From Methanobacteriota archaeon (GTDB lineage Archaea > Thermoplasmatota > SW-10-69-26 > JACQPN01), in NCBI GenBank assembly GCA_016207515.1, contig JACQPN010000012.1, forward strand, positions 31,759 to 95,758: 64,000 bases of DNA. Direction: 5' to 3'. How positions within the stretch are numbered: position 1 is the stretch's first letter; every line of letters begins with the position of its first letter. The translations under genes were made by a program, and so were the position numbers. Below are positions 27,101-34,895 of the stretch, one piece after another. The notes under the pieces are model-generated. The model was not told the origin of the DNA and did not search any database. It saw only the letters and a list, made by a program, of their open reading frames with translations.

Positions 27101-30100
27101 GTCGGGATCGGAAGCCCCGGTACGGCCGCGAAGGCGATCACGGTCGGGAACCAGGACGATCTCCGTACCGTATCCCGTGTCGACGACACCGTCTGCCACG
27201 GAGCCTTCTTCGAAGCCAACGGTTTCGGGGGTGCTTGCGGTGTCAGCGGTTCCGTCACGGCCTCCAACCAGGTCGGCAAACCCGATCTTCTGGCGCCGGG
27301 CGTCTGCGTCTCGGTGGCCCAGGCGACGTCCACGACCGCCTTCAACGAGTGCGGCTCGGGAACGAGTTACTCTGCTCCCATCGTCGCGGGCATCGTCGCC
27401 CTCATGTTCGAGGCGAACCCCGCGTTGACACCGACCCAGGTCAAGAGTATCCTCAGGGAGACATCCCACGTCGGCGACCTGCCGCCCACCAACACGTGGG
27501 TGCCCGGGATCGGCTACGGTCACGTGGACGCCTTTCTTGCAGTGAAGGCCGCGAAGGACCTTGCCGGAACGACGCCCCTCAGCGTCGATGCGGGCGGCCC
27601 GTACGTGGGCTCCCCTGGCGTCGATGTCGCGATGTCGCCGACCATCAGCGGCGGCACCTTGCCCTACACCTATTTGTGGAATTTCGGCGACGCGCAGACC
27701 TCGACACAGGCCGCTCCGAGCCACGCTTGGGCCTCGGCCGGGACGTACACGGTGACGTTGACCGTCACGGACTCGGCGGCAACGCCGTCCATCGTCAGCG
27801 ACTCGACCACTGCCACCATCTCCGCGGGGCTACTCGCGGCGATTGGAACCCCAGCCGCGGATGACGTCGTGTCCGGCTCCGTCCCCGTTTCGGGCACGGC
27901 CTTCTTCCCGCCCTCGGCGGGAAGTGCTCTCGACCTCAACGCCCCGCTCTGGACGGACACGGCGGGCGACGGGGGCGCGGGCGGCGCGAACATCGATCAC
28001 ATGGACTTCGTCTCTGGGTACGCTTGGGGAGACGACGGGCCGGCGGACACCACGTTCAACGTCGGCGCCCGCCTTGCGTCGCTTCCGAGCGACCCTCGTA
28101 ACGCCGAATACGCGCGTTACACCCTGCAGTTCGTCTACGGCGACAGGCAGTACTACCTCCTGAGCCGCCTCTCGAACATCGCGGGGACGAACCTGCCGGA
28201 TGGCGAGTTCAAGGAACGCTTCGTGCTCTACAACCGGCCATGGCCCATCGCCTCGACGAGCCTCACCTACATCGCGGACATAACCGGTTCCTGGGACAGG
28301 AACACGGGGCTCGTGACGTGGAACGTCCCCAAGGACCGTATCCAGGATTCCAGCGGTAACGCCGTGCAGCCGGGCGAACTCCTCACCGACTTCGCCGGCT
28401 CGACGTCGCTTGCGGCCGCCGGTTCGGGTATTGTAAGCATCGATTCCACGAGCGCTCCCGCATCGGCCACGTTCACTATCGGCCCCTCGGGAGGCGACCC
28501 CTCGGTCGAGGTGACCTTCGGTTCTCTAGGGCCCGTGCTCGCGACGGGGACGACGTCCTGGAGCACGTCGTTCGATTCGACGCTCGTTCCCGACGGTTCG
28601 ACCACCATCACTGCGATCGCCTACGACGGCCTGGGCCACGCGAGCCCGCCGGCGACGGTCGTCGTGACGGTCTCGAACGGCGGCGGGACGGACCCGTCGG
28701 TGTCCTTCACGACTCCGGGTGCCGGGGCGACGGTCTCTGGTTCGGTCCTCTTCTCGGGAACGGCCTCCGCCGGCACCGGGGGTTCAAGCAGCATGCCGCA
28801 AGGCGTCGGTGGGATAGAACTCCATGGAACGAACGGTGCGGTCCCCATGCGGGCCCAGATCGAGACCTACGCGTACCGCGACGTGCGGTCGTGGCGCCTT
28901 GAATGGGGCGACGGCCAGATCGAGGCCGGCGTTGGAGCCCCGTCAGGCCTCTACAACCACCTCTACCTCATCCCGGGCACGCACGAAGTGCGTATGCTCA
29001 CCGAGGACCACGATGGTGTGTTGCACCTTGACGACTTCACGGTGATCGCATCGAGCGACCCCAACGGCGAGCCCGGCCCGACCAAGAAGACGCTCTACTT
29101 CCACATGGCGGATACGAGTGTGCCCGCGGACGGTCTCATCGACGAACAGTGGGTCAACGCGGATCCCGACGATCCGGAGGGCAACTCCGACGGCGCGATA
29201 TCGAGCGGCGGCTTCAGCCCCGACGGCGTCGACGAGTGGCCGCTGTCTCCGGCACCCAGCCAGACGCTTTACCTCACGACGGGCGGCGTCGGTGTCGCGA
29301 CCCTCGAATACGAGGGCCCGGCCGACGTACAGACGCGCGTCGTCGTCGACGTGCTCGTCGACGGGGAGCTGCGCGCCACGGGTTCGACGACGGCGGACTT
29401 CACGGGCCTTGCCCCGACGACGGTGACTTTCAACGTCGTCGTGACCACCGATTGGGACGGGACCATCCCCGCGGGAGCGGACGTACGAGTCGTGACCAAG
29501 TACCAGACCGCCACGGGCGGTTGGGTGGGAGCGCACGGGTTCGACACGACGTTGTGGAGCCTCATGCTGCCCTTCACCACCACCTCCGGTGGAGGCGGCG
29601 GGGGCAGCACCATCGAGGAGGTCAAGTACTACCCGCAGAACGTCGTGACGACGTTCAACTCGGGCGGTTGCAGCAACACGGCGGCCGGGTCGATGGCCTT
29701 GACCTCGCCGGCCGGGCAGGCGTACCTCCACACGACGAAGCTCGCGAACGCGAACTGCGCCCAGAACTCGCTCACGTTGAAGTTCCTGACGGACGTCTTG
29801 GTCGACGACCTCGACATCTCGAAGGACGGCGACGTCGAGGTAGTGATGGGCGTCAGCGGTTACCCGTGCGGTGACTGCGCGCTCGCCCCGATAAGCATCG
29901 GGGCCAAGGTCGGAACGGCCGCGGACCCGACGCTTGTGGGCTCCGTCGAGGCGGTCGTCGGGCCATCATCGCCGCTTGAGTACCCGTGGATGTTCACCTT
30001 GACGTTCACGCCCGCCGCCGATGTCACGATCCCGGCAGGCTCGAAGCTGCGCCTTGAACTCGAATGGGACAGCTCCCAGGGCCAGGGCCGCTACTTCGGT

Positions 30101-33037
30101 CCGCCGCACGCCGTCTACGGCGGTGGCGACGATCTGACGCAAGGCCCGGCGTATTGGAGCGTCACAGTCCCGAAGAAAGTCGCGATCCCGCCACCCGCGC
30201 AGGTGACAGGCCTCTTCGCGATACCCGGTCCCGAAGAGATCACGCTCGGATGGAACGTCGTGTCGGGGGCGACTTCGTACAAGATCTACCGCGACGGCGT
30301 GTCCATCCAGCAGCAGAGCGCGATCGGGTTCACCGACACCGGCCTCACGGACGGGCAGCTTTACACGTATGAAGTGAGTGCTATGGGTCCGGGCGGCGAA
30401 GGCCTCAAGTCCTCACCCGTTTCCGAGACACCCGGACCGGTCGAGGTCGACGAAAAAGTCGACGTGACCGTGCGTAGGACAAGCGACAGCGTCGTCGTGT
30501 TCGGTCCCTCGACCGCGACCGGCGTTTCCGCCTGGAGCCTGTCGTGGGACTCGACGACGGTGGGCGACGGCGACTACGTCGCGACAGCAGTCTACCAGAT
30601 GACGGACAGCTCCACGGTGCAAGCCGAACGCGCGTTCAGCGTGGACAACGTGCCAGACGTGGTCGCTCCCACCGTGAGCCTCTCCGCCGACAAGGCGAGT
30701 GCGCTCACCGGCGAGACGATCACCTACACGGCCATCGTGACGGGGACAAGCCCCACGATCGAATGGGCCTTCGGCGACGGCGCGACGGCATCCGGCGGCA
30801 CCAGCCAGACGCACAGCTACGCATCGGCCGGGACCTACACGACCACCGTGACGGTATCCAACTCCGCCGGAAGCGATGCGGACAGCGTCTCGGTGACGGT
30901 CCTCGTTCCGAAGACGGTCGAAGTGCGCATCCTGGGCTCCATCGATGATTGGGCGCTTGCGACCCCCACGGGTCCTGCGGGCTCTTGGTCGTCGTGGGCC
31001 TACGATTGGGACGCGACCGGCCTACGCGGTACCTTCACCATCGAAGCACGCTACTTCGATGGAACCACGATGAACGATCCGACGTCGATATCGGTGACCG
31101 TAGACGCCGCGCCGACGGCCGCCCTCACGGCGACTCCGGGGACGGCCCCGACCGGCATGGACGTGACTTTGGACGCCAGTGCGTCCACGGCCACGACCGG
31201 TGGTTCTCTCGTCGAATACAGTTTCGACCCCGGTGACGGAAGCGGTGTCGTGACCGGCGCCGGCTCCTCGCTGGTGCACAGTTACGCGGCCCCCGGCACG
31301 TACACGGCGAGCGTGACCGTCGAGGACGACCTCGGGCGCGTAAGTGCCCCTGCGACGATCGACGTCGTGGCCGAGGATCGCGCCCCGACGGCAGCCTTCA
31401 CAGCGCCGTCCACCGTGCTTACCCTTGTATCCGTGGCCTTCGACGGTTCGGCAAGCTCGGACCCGGACGACGCCATCGCGTCGTACGCTTGGAACTTCGG
31501 AGACGGGGGTTCCGGGTCGGGTGCTGCGACGAGCCACGCCTATGCAAGCAAGGGTACGTACACCGTGACGCTCACGGTGACCGACGGCCACGACGCCTCC
31601 GGCTCGGTGTCGAAAGACATCCAGGTCTTGAACAGGCTTCCGAGCGCGTCGCTCGATGTGAGCCCCGCGTCGGCCCTTGCAGGAACGGAGAGGACGCTTT
31701 CTGCGGCTTCAAGCTCCGATGCGGACGGCACGATCGTGGAATACCGCTTCGACCCAGGGGACGGAACCGGCGTCGTCATCGGCACGGCGAGCTCGATTGC
31801 GCACACCTACGAGGTCCAAGGACAGTACACGGCAAGCGTCGTGGTCGTCGACAACGACGGCGACACGGACCTTGCCGAGTTCCTCGTTACGGCGGCCAAC
31901 AGGGCCCCGGTCCTTGGCGCGATCGGGAACAAGGCGGGACCCGAGGGAGCGCTCATCACCTTCACGGTGACGGCGAGCGACCCCGACGGCGACGCCGTGA
32001 CGCTTTCCGCGTCGAACCTCCCCGCAGGCTCGGACTTCGACACGACGACTGGTGTGTTCTCGTGGACGCCCACCTACAACCAGGCGGGCACCTACGTGGA
32101 CGCGCACTTCGAGGCGTCCGACGGCCTCACGTCCGATTCGGAGGACATCCTCATCGCGGTCTGGAACGTAGACCAAGCGCCCGTGATCGCGGCGATCGCC
32201 GCCCAAACGGTCGTCGAGAGGACGCAGCTCGTATTCTGGATGCACGCTTCCGATGCGGACGGGGACACTTTGACCCTCTCGGCGCTCGGGCTTCCAGCAG
32301 GCTCGATGTTCACGACGACGCCCGCCAACGACTCGGCGTACGTCGCATGGACGCCGGGCTTCGGTCAATCGGGCTCGTACGTGGTGACGCTACGTGCTAG
32401 TGACGGCAACCTCACGACCGCGGTCGCGGTGGGCATCGTCGTCGAGGACTTCCCGGACCACGAGGCACCGGTTACAAGCGCCGCGATCACCAGCGGGACC
32501 CAGTCGCCGAGTGGCTGGTACACGACGAACGCGGAGGTCACGTTGACGCCCGCAGACGCGGGCGGCTCGGGATTGAAATCCACCTACTACCGCTACAACG
32601 GCGGTAACAGGATCGGCTACAATCCGTCGACCAGGATCAACGTGCCGAGCGAAGGGACGACCGTGATCTCGTACTGGTCGGAGGACAACAACGGCAATCT
32701 CGAGGCCGAGAAGACGATCACCGTGCGTATCGACAGGCTCGCTCCCACGGTGACGATCACTTCGCCGACCGGGGTCTTCGGCACCGACATCGCGACGACC
32801 GAGGGCGGGACCGTGAACTTCACCATAAGCGCCAACGACGGCAGCGGTAGCGGCATCGGCCAGGTCCGCTTCTTCGTCGACGGGGTGTTAGTGAAGGTCG
32901 ACACGTCCGCCGGCCCATACTACTACAACTGGAACGCAGGCGCGGCAACGACCGGTCGCCACGTGCTTTCGGTGAAAGTGGTGGACAACGTCGGGATACT
33001 CGTTGAGAAGTCGATAAGCGTCGTGAAGCTCACGTAG
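21161..33037 (+). CDS. giant secreted multidomain protein with BNR/sialidase-like propeller and S8 subtilase domain, 3958 aa
   Basis: ORF track gives 21077..33037. I prefer the ATG at 21161 (MAKGGNEGKRALNVFVSVMMVTSGLLVLPF, a signal peptide) with a purine-rich GAGGGA upstream. Asp-boxes SDDGNSWT, SLNGGLTF, STDNTLNW, SKDRGVTF, TYDGGVTW. At least 7 PKD domains (WDFGDGNTGSGASPTHAY and similar). FN3-like domains (TSYKIYRDG...YTYEVSA). S8 domain. Two cadherin-like Ig domains. Conserved C-terminal module. Confidence 0.9.
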   Translation: MAKGGNEGKRALNVFVSVMMVTSGLLVLPFSEWAPFGTASATPSFGTGAAGFTDYQPPSTMGNDAAEPGIGVNWNTGKVFINSNADQLRVTFNDAVYPPTAFWEDKSAPFSIVNIDPVLFTDSVTGRTFAGGLDGTCSIIGFTSDDGNSWTPSADACAHGGWDHETVGGGPYAEPLRSIIEDSPIAYKHAVYYCSQVGLEPSPAFCSRSLNGGLTFEEVRPTWVRDCWAISGHIRVAPDGTVYLPSRNCGGKDGFGVSTDNTLNWNVRTIPGSTASGRFDPSIAPSYNADGSGNYWIYYGQAEANGAFIAVSKDRGVTFEDIGAGNGVTPTKWLNVGALTSPPVLRAEFAEVIAGDHDRAAFAFLGATQSAANLPGCAAAQNSLVWYMYVAMTYDGGVTWNVEKASEKIVQRGSIGDPDETCRNLLDFNDITVGADGRVLIGYADGCTSASCEGPSGTAGQSRSEKATITRQSSGRGLFAAFDTGSPLEADAGGPYSGGVGAQISFDGAATGGTSPYSFGWDFGDGNTGSGASPTHAYASSGTYTVTLTVTDAASTSDSVSTTATVSSTTSVPVVDIENPASGSTVHDTVAISGTAGHTGDPNGLTFAGLSSVTGTGTTATLSWSSASGGTPPYTYNVYTGPAGSVDLGSPIETTGSTGTTISGLVAGVEACFIVRVTDSAASSDTNTVEKCYLPTLTTETITFYYHGGEFTDAPDPAPDSAVMVKGTMSTTPGAAPKRAVTGGGLVGSSQQIGNVVSPDIDAYPLLFESGPLTGPLTIADGTTTITDNDGAPWTIANNVLLRDCIAGGIDGNYFADVYQVVGDTATLVLTNDAAEFSNTGVLSADPVEGDCVVHHLGYAEPSTASHTFPVGSKILVGIHPDFFAASFSATYKWDGPALYDSHLEFTGTYEPGSPPVQAMISDAVGDGHSPEADFVQVDAAATATDLVVAMNVDLLLTSPGDGFASSEFHEWDVVFTIGTTEYDYQVYTFGQVTGLWSFNDGADSTGTVDIDYANNRITVTIPWTEVGATAGQVLSDVHVQSYETPTGFLSSVVPDDRAPDVGGAALSVPASVSAPSTGDLVTGLNTLFLHGERVRSLSVPSIGDLGKSAPVLSFERPEGLAPSVFSESDGPVFIAFSAPFESDATIGDGEGSTIDGASLGVYISQRSTASMLDGLNAELNLVTNDGVLPLARSYSDDGPKAQGMPTLVNMPFEMGKAYSKTRQLGGFDVSRTDFAGFPATDENGDVLAHVGDRLEVRFWIDSPATTSPYAVYYDNNRFPSALRVPLSGLAPAEPPVPITATGANVLGADDPQELPPQYASLDLKGAAVSNTATDLVVTFTTYGFDPALPHPGSPAATWEYGFTLDGSELALWIESTGAQNPTFEAQSQCLGCLGATGWLTLQSGFPVTIDAASHTLTATVPLSAWSTAISGASLSPGDTLTTTFLQARMLVPGNGLPSVLPTMDYAPGGGPETTATQFVLAPANGNEYTIQGGPNPDTPPTISAFSGSPTSGSAPLAVDFNGSVVEGTNAIASVSLNFGDGSSPESITLSGGSFSGVSHTYTTSGSRTATLTVTDTEGLTDSATQGVNVGSKPAGVYVTVGSGAEERATDDSPDSATWHIDHDFSVYAPGTGLVITAVFFDGSSESAPDSVSVTVGESGTITITSPADGAYVDPGIVPISGTTPDSSGSGQSSGMWTLPFADDVDMDRVQDALEDELSQASASDVYSVKVLLDHPATALDAFKLGSRGHATYSYPIKVIDAVDLEGVPAWAVKGLLRHDGAIRVEWNPPAVLADGLSGQIIKARPSSTYADCVWGGAGCLGYTGKGVGYANFDAGAMGTHKAFEWGAFAPTGVSPSTSKRVATLDVWGQNTVGNHATATAGLAVGTGMATTEQPLYGSAPGASLVSVIALQEIGGATGNSVNVRTCQAVDAVIAAKATYNIRVASLSYGSLLPASTSDDACVDRAVDNGIVMVIASGNTVGIGSPGTAAKAITVGNQDDLRTVSRVDDTVCHGAFFEANGFGGACGVSGSVTASNQVGKPDLLAPGVCVSVAQATSTTAFNECGSGTSYSAPIVAGIVALMFEANPALTPTQVKSILRETSHVGDLPPTNTWVPGIGYGHVDAFLAVKAAKDLAGTTPLSVDAGGPYVGSPGVDVAMSPTISGGTLPYTYLWNFGDAQTSTQAAPSHAWASAGTYTVTLTVTDSAATPSIVSDSTTATISAGLLAAIGTPAADDVVSGSVPVSGTAFFPPSAGSALDLNAPLWTDTAGDGGAGGANIDHMDFVSGYAWGDDGPADTTFNVGARLASLPSDPRNAEYARYTLQFVYGDRQYYLLSRLSNIAGTNLPDGEFKERFVLYNRPWPIASTSLTYIADITGSWDRNTGLVTWNVPKDRIQDSSGNAVQPGELLTDFAGSTSLAAAGSGIVSIDSTSAPASATFTIGPSGGDPSVEVTFGSLGPVLATGTTSWSTSFDSTLVPDGSTTITAIAYDGLGHASPPATVVVTVSNGGGTDPSVSFTTPGAGATVSGSVLFSGTASAGTGGSSSMPQGVGGIELHGTNGAVPMRAQIETYAYRDVRSWRLEWGDGQIEAGVGAPSGLYNHLYLIPGTHEVRMLTEDHDGVLHLDDFTVIASSDPNGEPGPTKKTLYFHMADTSVPADGLIDEQWVNADPDDPEGNSDGAISSGGFSPDGVDEWPLSPAPSQTLYLTTGGVGVATLEYEGPADVQTRVVVDVLVDGELRATGSTTADFTGLAPTTVTFNVVVTTDWDGTIPAGADVRVVTKYQTATGGWVGAHGFDTTLWSLMLPFTTTSGGGGGGSTIEEVKYYPQNVVTTFNSGGCSNTAAGSMALTSPAGQAYLHTTKLANANCAQNSLTLKFLTDVLVDDLDISKDGDVEVVMGVSGYPCGDCALAPISIGAKVGTAADPTLVGSVEAVVGPSSPLEYPWMFTLTFTPAADVTIPAGSKLRLELEWDSSQGQGRYFGPPHAVYGGGDDLTQGPAYWSVTVPKKVAIPPPAQVTGLFAIPGPEEITLGWNVVSGATSYKIYRDGVSIQQQSAIGFTDTGLTDGQLYTYEVSAMGPGGEGLKSSPVSETPGPVEVDEKVDVTVRRTSDSVVVFGPSTATGVSAWSLSWDSTTVGDGDYVATAVYQMTDSSTVQAERAFSVDNVPDVVAPTVSLSADKASALTGETITYTAIVTGTSPTIEWAFGDGATASGGTSQTHSYASAGTYTTTVTVSNSAGSDADSVSVTVLVPKTVEVRILGSIDDWALATPTGPAGSWSSWAYDWDATGLRGTFTIEARYFDGTTMNDPTSISVTVDAAPTAALTATPGTAPTGMDVTLDASASTATTGGSLVEYSFDPGDGSGVVTGAGSSLVHSYAAPGTYTASVTVEDDLGRVSAPATIDVVAEDRAPTAAFTAPSTVLTLVSVAFDGSASSDPDDAIASYAWNFGDGGSGSGAATSHAYASKGTYTVTLTVTDGHDASGSVSKDIQVLNRLPSASLDVSPASALAGTERTLSAASSSDADGTIVEYRFDPGDGTGVVIGTASSIAHTYEVQGQYTASVVVVDNDGDTDLAEFLVTAANRAPVLGAIGNKAGPEGALITFTVTASDPDGDAVTLSASNLPAGSDFDTTTGVFSWTPTYNQAGTYVDAHFEASDGLTSDSEDILIAVWNVDQAPVIAAIAAQTVVERTQLVFWMHASDADGDTLTLSALGLPAGSMFTTTPANDSAYVAWTPGFGQSGSYVVTLRASDGNLTTAVAVGIVVEDFPDHEAPVTSAAITSGTQSPSGWYTTNAEVTLTPADAGGSGLKSTYYRYNGGNRIGYNPSTRINVPSEGTTVISYWSEDNNGNLEAEKTITVRIDRLAPTVTITSPTGVFGTDIATTEGGTVNFTISANDGSGSGIGQVRFFVDGVLVKVDTSAGPYYYNWNAGAATTGRHVLSVKVVDNVGILVEKSISVVKLT
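21320..22600 (+). other. BNR/Asp-box beta-propeller, sialidase-like (domain of the 3958-aa protein)
   Basis: Five S-x-D-x-G-x-(T/S)-(W/F) Asp-box-like motifs at roughly regular spacing. Confidence 0.6.
26330..27560 (+). other. S8 subtilase domain with putative I9-like propeptide (domain of the 3958-aa protein)
   Basis: Asp in GKGVGYANFDAGAMGTHKAF (GAC 26660-26662). His in GNHATATAGLAVG (CAC 26786-26788). Oxyanion Asn in VIASGNTVG (27095-27097). Ser in GSGTSYSAPIVAG (AGT 27365-27367). Closing GIGYGHVDA. Confidence 0.75.
32460..33034 (+). other. conserved C-terminal module, copy C (end of the 3958-aa protein)
   Basis: GWYTTNAEVTLTPADAGGSGLKSTYYRYNGGNRIGYNPSTRINVP...RIDRLAPTVTITSP...VNFTISANDGSGSGIGQVRFFVDGVLVKVDTSAGPYYYNW...GRHVLSVKVVDNVG. 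Confidence 0.7.
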
Positions 33038-33052
33038 ACGACGCGGCAATGG

Positions 33053-33090
33053 GGGGCCTGCGCGGGGCCCCTTCTCCTCTTCCCTTTCCA
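33053..33090 (+). terminator. GC hairpin followed by a pyrimidine/T-rich tract after the 3958-aa gene
   Basis: Stem ggggcc (33053-33058) / ggcccc (33066-33071), then ttctcctcttccctttcc. Confidence 0.4.
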
Positions 33091-33260
33091 ACGTAGCGCA
33101 AGCCACACCGAAAGGCGGGTTGTGGGGCGCCGATCTTGGCGCTGTCAAGGGTTGACATGGGTGACAAGCGCATGGTCACTACCATTGGCCGCGTCTTGTG
33201 GCCTCCTTCGGCGACCCAACAATGATTAAAGTGTGGTCCTCGTATAGCCGCATAGTCAAG

Positions 33261-34514
33261 ATGCCGCGACCTCGCTACGTCGTCATCGGAGATGGGATAT
33301 CCGGGGCCACGGCAGCCGTCACCCTTAGAAAGAACAGTGCCGACTGCGACATCACCGTCCTATCCGACGAGCTTGAGCCGCTCTACAACCGCGTGAAGAT
33401 CAAGGACTTCGCGAAAGGATCCGTGACGGAGCAAAGCGTCCGGATGCACGACGCGAAGTTCTACAAGGACAATGAGATCGAGCTCCGCCTCGGCACACCG
33501 GTGCGCAACATCTACGACGTCGACAAGCAGGTCGTCACGGAAGACGGCGAATCGATCCCTTTCGACAAGCTCCTCATCGCCACCGGCGGGATCCCGAGAC
33601 GCCACCCGGCTCCCGGCTCCGACCTTGGAGGGATACACAGGTTCTGGACGTTCGTGGATTCCCGCCGCATACGCGCTCACGCGCAAAAAAGAGGGAACGG
33701 GGTCGCCATAGGAGCCGGGCTACTCGGTATCGACATCGCGGTGGTCTTCGCCGTGAACGGCGTCAAGACCAGGTACATCATGCGCGGAGACCGCTGGTGG
33801 CGTGAAGGCATCAGCAAGGTGGGCTCCGAGATAGTGGAGGAGGCGATGCTCAAGAAGGGCATCGAGTGCGTCTTCCATGAGAACCCATTGGAGTTCAAGG
33901 GCACCGATGGACACGTCTCCTCGGTCGTCACGGACAAGGCCGAGTACCCGTGCGAGATCGCAGGGGTCGCCGTCGGGCTTCAATTCAATACGAGGCTCAT
34001 CGCGGGGACGAAGGTGAAACTGGGTGAAGGGATACTCACGGACGAAAAACTCCAGACATCTGTGCCGGGCATCTACGCGGCCGGCGACATAGTGCAGTTC
34101 TACGACGTTGTCCAGGAGCGTGTGAACATGAACGGGTCGTGGGCCTCCGCGAAGAAGACCGGGGAGGTCGCCGCGATGAACATGCTCGGCAAGGACATGG
34201 TTTTCCGCCACGTCGACACCTACAGCATCAACCATTTCGAGTTCATGATCGGCTCCGTCGGGTCGGTCTTGGGCACCGACGCGATAGAGGTGAAACTGGG
34301 GCCGAAGGACTACAGGCGCGTCGTGTTCAAGGGAGACAGATGCGTAGGCGCCGTCTTCATCGGAAGCCTCGCGATGCAGGGAAAGTTCAGCAAACTCATC
34401 GACGGGAAGGTGGACATCTCAGGGAAGAAGGAGCTTCTGCTGGAGAAGGACGTCGACTTGACCAAGTTCGGGTTGGCCGCGAGGGCGCCGGCCCCGGTGA
34501 CGGCCACCGAGTGA
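33261..34514 (+). CDS. FAD-dependent pyridine nucleotide-disulfide oxidoreductase family protein
   Basis: ORF track gives 33198..34514. I prefer the ATG at 33261 (MPRPRYVVIGDGISGATAA, a GxGxxG motif). Second Rossmann motif IGAGLLGIDIA. GIYAAGDIV near the C-terminal third. Confidence 0.8.
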   Translation: MPRPRYVVIGDGISGATAAVTLRKNSADCDITVLSDELEPLYNRVKIKDFAKGSVTEQSVRMHDAKFYKDNEIELRLGTPVRNIYDVDKQVVTEDGESIPFDKLLIATGGIPRRHPAPGSDLGGIHRFWTFVDSRRIRAHAQKRGNGVAIGAGLLGIDIAVVFAVNGVKTRYIMRGDRWWREGISKVGSEIVEEAMLKKGIECVFHENPLEFKGTDGHVSSVVTDKAEYPCEIAGVAVGLQFNTRLIAGTKVKLGEGILTDEKLQTSVPGIYAAGDIVQFYDVVQERVNMNGSWASAKKTGEVAAMNMLGKDMVFRHVDTYSINHFEFMIGSVGSVLGTDAIEVKLGPKDYRRVVFKGDRCVGAVFIGSLAMQGKFSKLIDGKVDISGKKELLLEKDVDLTKFGLAARAPAPVTATE

Positions 34515-34584
34515 CGGAGTCACCGACGTAGCGACAGTCAAGTGGCCCGCGTGCCCGGACGTGAGCACCAGCATCCAATGGCGT

Positions 34585-34794
34585 CTACGCGCCCGAGACC
34601 TCGGGTTGCCTTCCCCCTTCCGTCTTCTCTATCTCGTCCCTTCTGAACGGTTTTCTCATCCCCGTCTTGAATTCAATGACTATGTAACCGTCGGGCCTGA
34701 AGCCTTTCACCGTCCCCCAGGCGCCCCTCCATTGTTCCTGTACGGTGGGAACGTCAAGGACACGGACCTCATCCCCCTTCTTCAAGACCAGCAT
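34585..34794 (-). CDS. small hypothetical protein, 69 aa
   Basis: ORF track. Balanced composition (MLVLKKGDEVRVLDVPTVQEQWRGAWGTVKGF...). The sequence vaguely suggests a KOW/SH3-like fold. No firm assignment. Confidence 0.4.
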   Translation of the reverse strand: MLVLKKGDEVRVLDVPTVQEQWRGAWGTVKGFRPDGYIVIEFKTGMRKPFRRDEIEKTEGGRQPEVSGA

Positions 34795-34895
34795 GCCGGG
34801 CTCATCAACGCATGCGGACTATAAAAATCGAGGGAATGGGCACGGTGAGGGAAAGCGCCCACGCCGCACGGGCGCCGCATGCTTGTCGCGGCCCC

